Below, piece after piece: positions 18,575-25,191 of a stretch of DNA of 64,000 bases (position 1 is the first letter of the stretch; the number at the start of each line of letters is the position of its first letter). The translations under genes and the position numbers were made by a program. The notes under the pieces were generated by a model, which searched no databases, was not told the DNA's origin, and saw only the letters and a list, made by a program, of their open reading frames with translations. Source of the stretch: a virus (taxonomy: Duplodnaviria > Caudoviricetes); the IMG/VR virus record IMGVR_UViG_3300034121_001930, positions 608 to 64,607 of that record; one strand, given 5' to 3'.

Positions 18575-19033
18575 CTAAAAGTTGTCTTGTTTCTTGAACC
18601 CAGAATCAAGGTTCACCAAGCGGAGCATGGCGTAGCGGCTAAGACCACGGCGTCGGCCCCAGCTGTCGTACAGAACGAACCGCTCGCGTCGCGCACCAAT
18701 GTCAGGGTTCAGCTGGCGAACAATACCGCACGAAGAAACACGGTACGGTGTGCCGCTGGCGTCAACCGAGTAGCTGCGGAAACCGGGCAACGGGAACAGA
18801 AACTCGCCCAACGGTTGCGAGCGAACGGCCTCGGCCAACGCGTGTCTGTACGCTGTACTCCAGATTCCAGATGCAGTTTTCAGTTTGTAGTGAACACGGC
18901 CTTTCTTGTCAGTGTACTCGGGGCACGTGCAAGATCCGGGTGACCGACCGCGATTGGGTGGGTTTCTCCAAGTCGGGGTTCCGTCTTGTGCGAACCAGTA
19001 CAGCGGGTACTTGGATAGCTCATTTTTTTCCAT
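18575..19033 (-). CDS. Hypothetical protein (possible NUMOD4-like, homing-endonuclease-derived)
   Basis: Two similar segments YPLYWFAQDG and LPGFRSYSVDASG; TTGACA-17-TAAGCC upstream. Confidence 0.4.
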   Translation of the reverse strand: MEKNELSKYPLYWFAQDGTPTWRNPPNRGRSPGSCTCPEYTDKKGRVHYKLKTASGIWSTAYRHALAEAVRSQPLGEFLFPLPGFRSYSVDASGTPYRVSSCGIVRQLNPDIGARRERFVLYDSWGRRRGLSRYAMLRLVNLDSGFKKQDNF

Positions 19034-19076
19034 ACGCGGAATGGCTTACGCGGGGGCTGAACCGGTGTCAAGTGGA

Positions 19077-19243
19077 ATTTATCCTACACATACCCCTATA
19101 TATATTCTTTTACTAAAACACCTCTGGGGGTAATGTGTAGGATAAATAAAGTACTCAAAATGACCATTTTATTTATCCTACACATACCCCCCTTGGCGTT
19201 TTGAAATACTTTTCAACCTTGCAGGGAACGTGTAGGATAAATT
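19077..19243. repeat. Four alternating-orientation copies of ATTTATCCTACAC(AT) in a non-coding gap
   Basis: Forward at 19077 and 19171; reverse complement (GTGTAGGATAAAT) ending about 19147 and 19242. Confidence 0.85.
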
Positions 19244-19281
19244 AATTCAAAGATCAAACGTTGGGTCAAGCGACCCGCTTT

Positions 19282-19608
19282 TCAGGTCGCGAAATGCTTT
19301 TCCATGTTCGCCCAAGCTGGCCAGAAGATATTATCCAAGGCCCTGACGACCTGTTCTTGGTCGTACAGTTCGCCCCAGCCCACGCCCGCCAAAAGAAGCG
19401 CGGCTTCAACCATTTCGTGTCTTATTGTCTCTTTTAACTCTTTGGGGTCCTCCAGTAACGTGGAATTAATTTCGATTGCTCTCTTGTCGTACAAGAACTG
19501 ACCGTGCAAATCCTCGAGCTCTTTAACCTGAATCTTAATCTTGCAGCCCCCAATCGTAATTGTTTTTGGTAACTTTATGTTGGTTGTAATTGTTTTTGGT
19601 GGTTTCAT
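19282..19608 (-). CDS. Small zincin-like protein
   Basis: GQF...IEIN...TIRHEMVEA, an HExxH-like motif with the second His replaced by Glu. Confidence 0.55.
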   Translation of the reverse strand: MKPPKTITTNIKLPKTITIGGCKIKIQVKELEDLHGQFLYDKRAIEINSTLLEDPKELKETIRHEMVEAALLLAGVGWGELYDQEQVVRALDNIFWPAWANMEKHFAT

Positions 19609-19628
19609 GTGCTAATGTACTATATTTT

Positions 19629-20234
19629 TTACAAAAATGGCACTGTGTGTCCGATATTTTTTACAATCTTGGTCACGTGCTCGACAAAATATTCAAAGCT
19701 ATTAGTGCCTTTGGATATATTGCAGACTCTGCAGCACGGCACGCAGTTGTCATAATGGTACCCAATATTGTTGTGCAGGCGGTCAATGCCCCAACTTTTG
19801 TCTGTTTCTGGGCTCTGGCCGCAGAAAAAACACGGGGCCCCGTACATATCCTTGAGCTCGTCTGGTGTTAGCGTGTTTAAAATGCCGCGGCTCTTTGCGC
19901 CCGAAGTGTTCCGGCTCACCCATTTCCTGAATCGCGCCTCGAAGCTAGTTCTTGCTGCGCGTGTGAATATACGCATTGCGGGCGTCGTCGCTTTCCTCCG
20001 CCTATTGTACTCGTGCAGCTGTTCTTTTTTAGCCCAGAACATACCGCCTTTGCTCTTAATATTGTACTGGAAGAACGCCTTTCCGTTGTAAACTTCGTGC
20101 CTCGTTAACCGCGTTTGTGGGTTGTCTGTAAGCCACTGCTTAAGTCTATCCCATTCTTGGATCGTTAACGCCCGCCCCAGTTCTGGTGCAAAGCCTGCAC
20201 GCCTGTGCGCTTTAATTTTCGCCTCGGTGTCCAA
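19629..20234 (-). CDS. HNH endonuclease
   Basis: CFFCG...GIDRLHNNIGYHYDNCVPCCRVCN motif. Confidence 0.8.
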   Translation of the reverse strand: MDTEAKIKAHRRAGFAPELGRALTIQEWDRLKQWLTDNPQTRLTRHEVYNGKAFFQYNIKSKGGMFWAKKEQLHEYNRRRKATTPAMRIFTRAARTSFEARFRKWVSRNTSGAKSRGILNTLTPDELKDMYGAPCFFCGQSPETDKSWGIDRLHNNIGYHYDNCVPCCRVCNISKGTNSFEYFVEHVTKIVKNIGHTVPFL

Positions 20235-20660
20235 ATCTCGAGTACTCTATCATTTTTCGTGGCCTCATAAAGGAAAAAATTTTTTTCTCAAGGGGGGATA
20301 TATACATACACGACTCTTGAAAAAAAGTGTGACCCCCACCAGTAGCCTCGCGCCCGCGCGCACGCCCGCCGCGCCCGCCTCAATTCGCGCGCGTGCCCGC
20401 CCGTATTGTATGTACATTGTCGGTACATTGTACCCACATTCTGGCCGTGGAACATTCCCGATCAGCTCGCGCCGTGGAACATGACGCTGGAACCTGCATA
20501 AACACTAGGACTCCGCATTATGTTTTATTGTTACAAGTACTGGTGATTCTGGTCTCTGGCCTCTGGAATCAGGAAGCAAGGGGCACGCAGACCGCTTGGG
20601 GTCCTGCGCGTCTCGAGCCCCGGGGCTTGTGTCGGTCGCACCTCCCCCGTTGCAAGGCGT

Positions 20661-20719
20661 CCTGCATCCTGCATCCTGCATCCTGCTTCCGGTTGCAAAG
20701 CATCCTGCATCCTGCATCC
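20661..20719. repeat. (CCTGCAT)n heptamer repeats
   Basis: Four copies (one variant) plus two further copies. Confidence 0.9.
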
Positions 20720-20813
20720 GGTTGGCTGGTGGTTGGCTGGTGGTTGGCTGGTGGTTGGCTGGTGGTTGGCTGGTGGTTGGCTGGTGGTTGGCTGGTGGTT
20801 GGCTGGTGGTTGG
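20720..20813 (+). repeat. (GGTTGGCTGGT)x8 tandem repeat, containing eight GCTGGTGG octamers
   Basis: Eight exact 11-mers, 20720-20807, each followed by GG. Confidence 0.95.
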
Positions 20814-20866
20814 TACACGCCGCCGGAACGCTACACTAGGCGAGTGTAGTTTTGGCGCTGGGTATT

Positions 20867-20929
20867 GGTTGCTGGTTGCTGGTTGCTGGTTGCTGGTTGC
20901 TGGTTGCTGGTTGCTGGTTGCTGGTTGCT
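20867..20929 (+). repeat. (GGTTGCT)x9 tandem repeat
   Basis: Nine exact heptamers. Confidence 0.95.
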
Positions 20930-21133
20930 GGGCGCAGGAAAGTTGCACGAAATGCAACCATCCTGCTATGCTCTGGCAGTGTATACAAAACGACATTTCA
21001 GCCAACTACTAGGCTCCTAGTAGTTCGCAGAAAAGCGTATACATTTCATCTTTTCGACACTTTCTTGAAAAATATTTTCGGGGTCAATACGCTATAAAAC
21101 AAGGGGTTTCGCGCTACTCTGCAAACTTTCCCG

Positions 21134-21172
21134 AAAAAAAGTTGGTGACAAGTTCGGGGCCCAATGTATGGT
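21134..21172 (+). promoter_or_regulatory. Candidate early promoter of the ribozyme-punctuated operon
   Basis: A7 tract, then GTGACA (21145)-16 nt-TATGGT (21167). Confidence 0.45.
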
Positions 21173-21306
21173 CGTTCTCGTTGGCCGCAAGGTCACCCAC
21201 AAAAGCGGATCGGCCGCCGCCCCAGCACGGGGTCCGGCGGCGAGCTCCAAGCGGTGGTCCAGCTCTTTCCCAGTCCCCGATCTCCGGCCCGCAGTGTAAC
21301 GGGCCA

Positions 21307-21395
21307 TGGTGCAATGCCACCACCGCGAACAAGCCTGCAATGGTTGCAAGCCGCGCGGTGCCAGTCCCAAGTCTGGCCCAAGGCAGAGGGCACCA
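21307..21395 (+). ncRNA. Twister ribozyme, type P1; predicted cleavage C21312|A21313
   Basis: P1 TGGTG/CACCA; L1 CAA and GAGGG; P2 TGCC/GGCA; P3 CACCGCG/CGCGGTG; P4 CCAG/CTGG with loop TCCCAAGT; pseudoknots CCC:GGG and AC(21319-20):GT(21371-72), the latter a compensated variant of the usual GC:GC. Confidence 0.85.
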
Positions 21396-21400
21396 AAAAA

Positions 21401-22081
21401 ATGAGAACGGAATACGAATTGAATATCGGTTTGCTGGTCGAAAAGACTGGCAAAAGAATCATCCGCCAAGACGCCGCCGCCGCGCTCGCCGCGACTGGTT
21501 TTGAAGCACACGCTTCAATCCTGCATGAAGGCGAGTGGGAAGGCCAGCCGCAACCCACGCTGGTGGTCGTTGGCTTTGCTCCCGCCAATTGGAGCGCGGA
21601 CGCCTTGGCCGACGAGCTCCAGCAGGACAGCATCGCTGTCCTCGAGGTGGACGCCAACCACGGCCGCTTGGATGGCCCAAACCCGCAAAACTACGGGTTT
21701 GACCACAGCCTGTTCACCACCTTCGAGCAGGCCGTGGACGCCGAATGCGAACGCCGCAAACGCATCGCCTTGGTAGACCTCGAGCACGCCCGCTTGTTCG
21801 AGGCCGCCAAGGCCAAGGACGCCAGTGACAAGGCGTTCCTTGCCGCGGTGACGCCCCCCAAAGAAAAGACCAAGCAGGTGCACACTTTCAAGGGATTCAC
21901 CCTCGAGCTCGAGTACGACGGCGACACATTGTATGCCGACATTTCGCACGGCGACTTCGCGGGCTCGCTAGCGTTCGCGGAGCACAACGGCTACATTGAC
22001 GATGGCGAGGATGGCAAGCGCAAGCGCGTGCCACAGGAGGTCATCGAAAAGTTCTGGGAGCTCGAAGCAAACTTCGCCTGA
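21401..22081 (+). CDS. SAM-lyase-like (T3 SAMase/Svi3-3-like) protein with an acidic C-terminal extension
   Basis: ATG 5 nt after the twister; LNIGL...GEWEGQPQPTLVV...LADELQQDSIAV pattern; the stop is the UGA of hammerhead 1. Confidence 0.55.
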   Translation: MRTEYELNIGLLVEKTGKRIIRQDAAAALAATGFEAHASILHEGEWEGQPQPTLVVVGFAPANWSADALADELQQDSIAVLEVDANHGRLDGPNPQNYGFDHSLFTTFEQAVDAECERRKRIALVDLEHARLFEAAKAKDASDKAFLAAVTPPKEKTKQVHTFKGFTLELEYDGDTLYADISHGDFAGSLAFAEHNGYIDDGEDGKRKRVPQEVIEKFWELEANFA

Positions 22082-22134
22082 TGAGGCCCTTGGCAAGGGC
22101 CGAAACCCTGCCCCCGCAGGGTCGCGGAAGCCAA
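22072..22134 (+). ncRNA. Hammerhead ribozyme 1 (type I); cleavage after C22123
   Basis: CTGATGA (22078); stem II GGCCCT/AGGGCC; GAAA; stem III ACCCTGC/GCAGGGT; GTC; stem I CTTCGC/GCG(G)GAAG. Confidence 0.93.
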
Positions 22135-22152
22135 CCAATCCGCCCAACAAAA

Positions 22153-22317
22153 ATGAACAACATTGACACAACCATTGCCGTGGCCACCAATTGCGTGGCC
22201 GAATTGCTAGCCCTCGCGAGCGGACTCATTGACGACCTTGAATCCTTCGGGTCCGAATGTGGCGACGACTACAGGGCCGAACTTCAGAACATTGTGGACA
22301 GATTCAACGCCGCCTGA
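22153..22317 (+). CDS. Small acidic early protein (54 aa)
   Basis: MNNIDTT...RFNAA; fills the interval between hammerheads 1 and 2. Confidence 0.7.
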   Translation: MNNIDTTIAVATNCVAELLALASGLIDDLESFGSECGDDYRAELQNIVDRFNAA

Positions 22318-22382
22318 CGAGGCCCCGTCGCAAGGGCCGAAACGGCCAGCCCCTTCGGGGCGCTGGTCGTCGCGGAAGCCAA
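22310..22382 (+). ncRNA. Hammerhead ribozyme 2 (type I); cleavage after C22371
   Basis: CTGACGA (22314); stem II GGCCC/GGGCC; GAAA; stem III ACGGCCAGC/GCTGGTCGT capped by a CTTCGG loop; GTC; stem I CCGC/GCGG. Confidence 0.93.
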
Positions 22383-22402
22383 CCAATCCGCTCCAACCAA
22401 CA

Positions 22403-22822
22403 ATGAGCCAAACGCAATTCCAAAATCGTAGACAAGCAACCAATCACCCGTACCGCCCCTGCTCCGCGCTTAAGAGCCGCGGTGGCCTAGTCATCCACTC
22501 CGCCGCCCAGCGGTCCACTTGGTTCCTGCACCCCAGAATTAACGCTGACGCTTACCAAAGCGGCCTGCGCTGGGCCTGTAGCAGAAGCCAACGAGCCGCC
22601 GACGCGTGGATCGAGCAGGTGGCCGTTGGCCACGCGCTCGAGTGGGCAGAGCACGCGGCGCTGTCCGCGCTGTTCCCTAGCTGGCGGTTCCGGTTCACCG
22701 GAGCGACTGGGCAGGGCTCCGGTGTTCATTGGACCGCCAGCCGCAAGAGCGGTGGGCTGGTCGAAAGTATAGCAGGCACAAGCGCCGCGCACATAGCGCG
22801 CCGCCTGCGCCAAGCCGCCTGA
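22403..22822 (+). CDS. Hypothetical early protein (139 aa)
   Basis: MSQTQFQ...LRQAA; starts after the conserved leader and stops in the core of hammerhead 3. Confidence 0.65.
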   Translation: MSQTQFQNRRQATNHPYRPCSALKSRGGLVIHSAAQRSTWFLHPRINADAYQSGLRWACSRSQRAADAWIEQVAVGHALEWAEHAALSALFPSWRFRFTGATGQGSGVHWTASRKSGGLVESIAGTSAAHIARRLRQAA

Positions 22823-22873
22823 TGATGGCCGTGTGGCAACGGCCGAAACCCCGCAAGGGGTCGCGGAAGCCAA
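22815..22873 (+). ncRNA. Hammerhead ribozyme 3 (type I, extra U after A9); cleavage after C22862
   Basis: CTGATGA+T (22819); stem II GGCCGT/ACGGCC; GAAA; stem III ACCCC-GCAA-GGGGT; GTC; stem I CCGC/GCGG. Confidence 0.92.
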
Positions 22874-22893
22874 ACCAATCCGCTCCAACAACA

Positions 22894-23226
22894 ATGAAAA
22901 AATACGACTGGTCAATCCCCGTGCGCGACTTTCTCCGCACGGCCAAAAAACACGGGCTCGAGCCTGTTGCTGTAGACAACGGCGACGGCTGGGTCAGCAC
23001 CTCCGCCATCGCGATTGCGGTGGACGAAATAGCCGCCACCGACGAAAGCCATGTGCGGTTCACCCACACCGACGGCTCGCGCGTCACTGCGTACATCGTC
23101 CTTGGGAACGAACCCGCAGAGCTGGTGGCGGACTACACGATCCACCCCGCGCTTGACGCGGCCACCGATGAGCACTACAACAACTGGGAAGGCAAGCCCT
23201 GCCCGACAACCACCACCGAACAATGA
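22894..23226 (+). CDS. Hypothetical early protein (110 aa)
   Basis: MKKYDWSIP...IVLGNEPAELVADYT; starts after the conserved leader. Confidence 0.7.
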   Translation: MKKYDWSIPVRDFLRTAKKHGLEPVAVDNGDGWVSTSAIAIAVDEIAATDESHVRFTHTDGSRVTAYIVLGNEPAELVADYTIHPALDAATDEHYNNWEGKPCPTTTTEQ

Positions 23227-23330
23227 AACTACCACCAGAGCCCCCGCTGTGGCTAGGCGCATGCCTTGCCGCCCTCTTCGGGGCCGCCTTCGTAGCGGCC
23301 GCAATCCTATTCCACTACCTAGTATCGTGA
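23223..23330 (+). CDS. Small membrane peptide (35 aa)
   Basis: MKLPPEPPLWLGACLAALFGAAFVAAAILFHYLVS; ATGA and GTGA overlaps on both sides. Confidence 0.55.
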   Translation: MKLPPEPPLWLGACLAALFGAAFVAAAILFHYLVS

Positions 23331-23482
23331 AGCCTGCACCCTTCGCCTGTAGCGAGTGTGGTAGCCGCTGGTGGCCTGACCCAGACAGCAGTTGTCCGGC
23401 CTGCCAGCCAAGCCACACGCACGATCCAGACTACGACGAGCTACCGCCCGACCCGTACGATGAAATCGAACCCGAACCCTGA
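23327..23482 (+). CDS. Small Zn-ribbon protein with an acidic tail (51 aa)
   Basis: CSECG...CPAC; the GTG overlaps the previous stop. Confidence 0.55.
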   Translation: MKPAPFACSECGSRWWPDPDSSCPACQPSHTHDPDYDELPPDPYDEIEPEP

Positions 23483-23493
23483 ATCCTGAAAAT

Positions 23494-23712
23494 ATGAAAG
23501 CATACCTGCTAAAAGACTACTGCGGGCAAGGCCCGCGAATCGTTGTTCACCCGCGCGGCTTGCCGCCCAGCTGGACAGAATCCGGTCTCACGGCCGAGCA
23601 AGAAGAGCAAGCGCAACACAGCGCGTGCAAGCTGGGCCCAGAGTTCCGCAACTATGTGTTGCACTTCGACCCAGAGACACTGGAGCACCTTGACAGCTTC
23701 AAGGTGCGCTGA
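23494..23712 (+). CDS. Hypothetical early protein (72 aa)
   Basis: ORF ends 7 nt before the core of hammerhead 4. Confidence 0.65.
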   Translation: MKAYLLKDYCGQGPRIVVHPRGLPPSWTESGLTAEQEEQAQHSACKLGPEFRNYVLHFDPETLEHLDSFKVR

Positions 23713-23715
23713 ACC

Positions 23716-23784
23716 CCGCCTGATGATGGCCGTGTGGCAACGGCCGAAACCAATCCGCTCCGGCGGTGCGGTCGCGGAAGCCAA
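23716..23784 (+). ncRNA. Hammerhead ribozyme 4 (type I, extra U); cleavage after C23773
   Basis: CTGATGA+T (23720); stem II GGCCGT/ACGGCC; GAAA; stem III ACC/GGT plus CCGC/GCGG; GTC; identical to hammerhead 5. Confidence 0.88.
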
Positions 23785-23801
23785 CCAATCCGCCCAGAAA
23801 T

Positions 23802-24173
23802 ATGAATACATTAGTCACACTAAATATTGGCCTGCTTGTCGATAAGACTGGCAGGGAAATCAGCCGCACCGAAGCCGCACAGGCGCTAATCGAGCACGGC
23901 GTCGAGCCCATCATCAGCCTCCTTCACGAGACGCAGTGGGGTGATAAACCCCAGCCGACCCTCGTGGTCTTCGCGGAGGTCCCCCGCAACTGGACGGCCG
24001 ACGCGCTGGCCGACACGCTCGAGCAGGACGCCATAGCGGTCCTCGAGCATGGTCCCAATGGCCAAGTTAGGGGTCACTTTGATGGCCGCAACCCCAAAGG
24101 ATGGGGCTTCGACTTAAACGAGTTCGTAAGCTTGGACCAAGCACGCGCCGCGTGCAAAGCATCAGCCGCCTGA
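23802..24173 (+). CDS. SAM-lyase-like protein, paralogue of the 21401..22081 N-terminal domain (123 aa)
   Basis: LNIGLLVDKTG...WGDKPQPTLVV...NWTADALADTLEQDAIAVLE aligns with the first gene. Confidence 0.55.
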   Translation: MNTLVTLNIGLLVDKTGREISRTEAAQALIEHGVEPIISLLHETQWGDKPQPTLVVFAEVPRNWTADALADTLEQDAIAVLEHGPNGQVRGHFDGRNPKGWGFDLNEFVSLDQARAACKASAA

Positions 24174-24234
24174 TGATGGCCGTGTGGCAACGGCCGAAAC
24201 CAATCCGCTCCGGCGGTGCGGTCGCGGAAGCCAA
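24166..24234 (+). ncRNA. Hammerhead ribozyme 5 (type I, extra U); cleavage after C24223
   Basis: CTGATGA at 24170; exact copy of hammerhead 4, 450 nt downstream. Confidence 0.88.
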
Positions 24235-24254
24235 CCAATCCGCACCAACCAACA

Positions 24255-24548
24255 ATGAAAGCAGAAACCTATTATGTCCTGTCAATATCCACTCGCGCGA
24301 ACACCTTTGGCTACTTTGGGGTCATCCTATTGTCGGCCAGCGGTCACGGCGTTGAGGCCCTGTACAGCCCCTACGCTGGCGGGCTTCCGAAAGACCAGCT
24401 CGAGAACGGACTCCCCAAGCGCGGCACCCGCGTGCAGGACCTGTTCCAGCACGGCTTCGTAAGCGCACGGGACCAAGGCCACACGACTCCGGCCAAGGCC
24501 GCGCGCGTTATACAGGCCACCCTGCAACGCGAAAAACAAACCGCCTGA
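24255..24548 (+). CDS. Hypothetical early protein (97 aa)
   Basis: MKAETYYVLS...EKQTA; stops in the core of hammerhead 6. Confidence 0.7.
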   Translation: MKAETYYVLSISTRANTFGYFGVILLSASGHGVEALYSPYAGGLPKDQLENGLPKRGTRVQDLFQHGFVSARDQGHTTPAKAARVIQATLQREKQTA

Positions 24549-24600
24549 TGATGGTCCCTTGGCTGGGACCGAAACGCCGCCTAGGCGTCGCGGAAGCCAA
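24541..24600 (+). ncRNA. Hammerhead ribozyme 6 (type I, extra U); cleavage after C24589
   Basis: CTGATGA+T (24545); stem II GGTCCC/GGGACC (compensatory changes relative to other copies); GAAA; stem III ACGCC/GGCGT; GTC; loop II TTGGCT complementary to downstream AGCCAA. Confidence 0.92.
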
Positions 24601-24619
24601 CCAATCCGCACCAACAACA

Positions 24620-24823
24620 ATGACAAACATCCCGATAAAACTATGCGTTGGAGAATCCTATAGGATTCTACCGCCGCCGCCCAAAGAACGCGTTGAGGGG
24701 GTCTTCTATCCGGTCCGCTTCGGGCGACTGGTCGAGATCTACAGCAACGGCGAGTGCACCCTGCAATGGTACAACCAAGGCGGTTTCTACAAGAGCCACA
24801 TCACCCGCTTAACCCACTACTAA
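24620..24823 (+). CDS. Hypothetical early protein (67 aa)
   Basis: MTNIPIKL...; starts after the conserved leader. Confidence 0.65.
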   Translation: MTNIPIKLCVGESYRILPPPPKERVEGVFYPVRFGRLVEIYSNGECTLQWYNQGGFYKSHITRLTHY

Positions 24824-24826
24824 ACA

Positions 24827-25126
24827 ATGAAAACAGAAACATCACATGTGCTGTCCCTCGAGGACGCTTTCACGCCAACCTATGACCTGTTCCTGCAGGC
24901 CCCGTACAGCGGCAACCACAGGGACTTCGCGCACCAGCGCATACGCAATGGTGACGAGGTCGTCGAGCGCACCTTCTGGGGCCGCGATACCGCCGAGCAC
25001 TGGGTCAATGTTCGCGAAACACGCACCAGCATCCGCGGCCTTGTCCAGACGCTCGAGCAGGCCACCGGAGTCCGCATCATACTTGTGGACGACTTGCCCG
25101 AGGGCATAAGCTACCCAACCGCCTGA
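24827..25126 (+). CDS. Hypothetical early protein (99 aa)
   Basis: Stops in the core of hammerhead 7. Confidence 0.7.
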   Translation: MKTETSHVLSLEDAFTPTYDLFLQAPYSGNHRDFAHQRIRNGDEVVERTFWGRDTAEHWVNVRETRTSIRGLVQTLEQATGVRIILVDDLPEGISYPTA

Positions 25127-25191
25127 TGAGGCCCCGTCGCAAGGGCCGAAACGGCCAGCCCCTTCGGGGCGCTGGTCGTCGCGGAAGCCAA
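25119..25191 (+). ncRNA. Hammerhead ribozyme 7 (type I); cleavage after C25180
   Basis: CTGATGA (25123); otherwise the same as hammerhead 2. Confidence 0.93.

Noticed and set aside
20393-21097. ORFs with WWLAGG, QPPANH or LLVAGC repeats
   Set aside because: Translations of simple tandem DNA repeats that are open in several frames on both strands.
21164-24620. ORF-track N-terminal extensions (starts at 21164, 22081, 22229, 22729, 23766, 24216, 24548)
   Set aside because: They run through ribozyme sequence; the consistent ATG after the conserved leader and the paralogue alignment give better starts.
22078-25129. TGA recoding or alternative genetic code
   Set aside because: Long genes are intact under the standard code, and each junction TGA is followed by a ribozyme and a fresh ATG.
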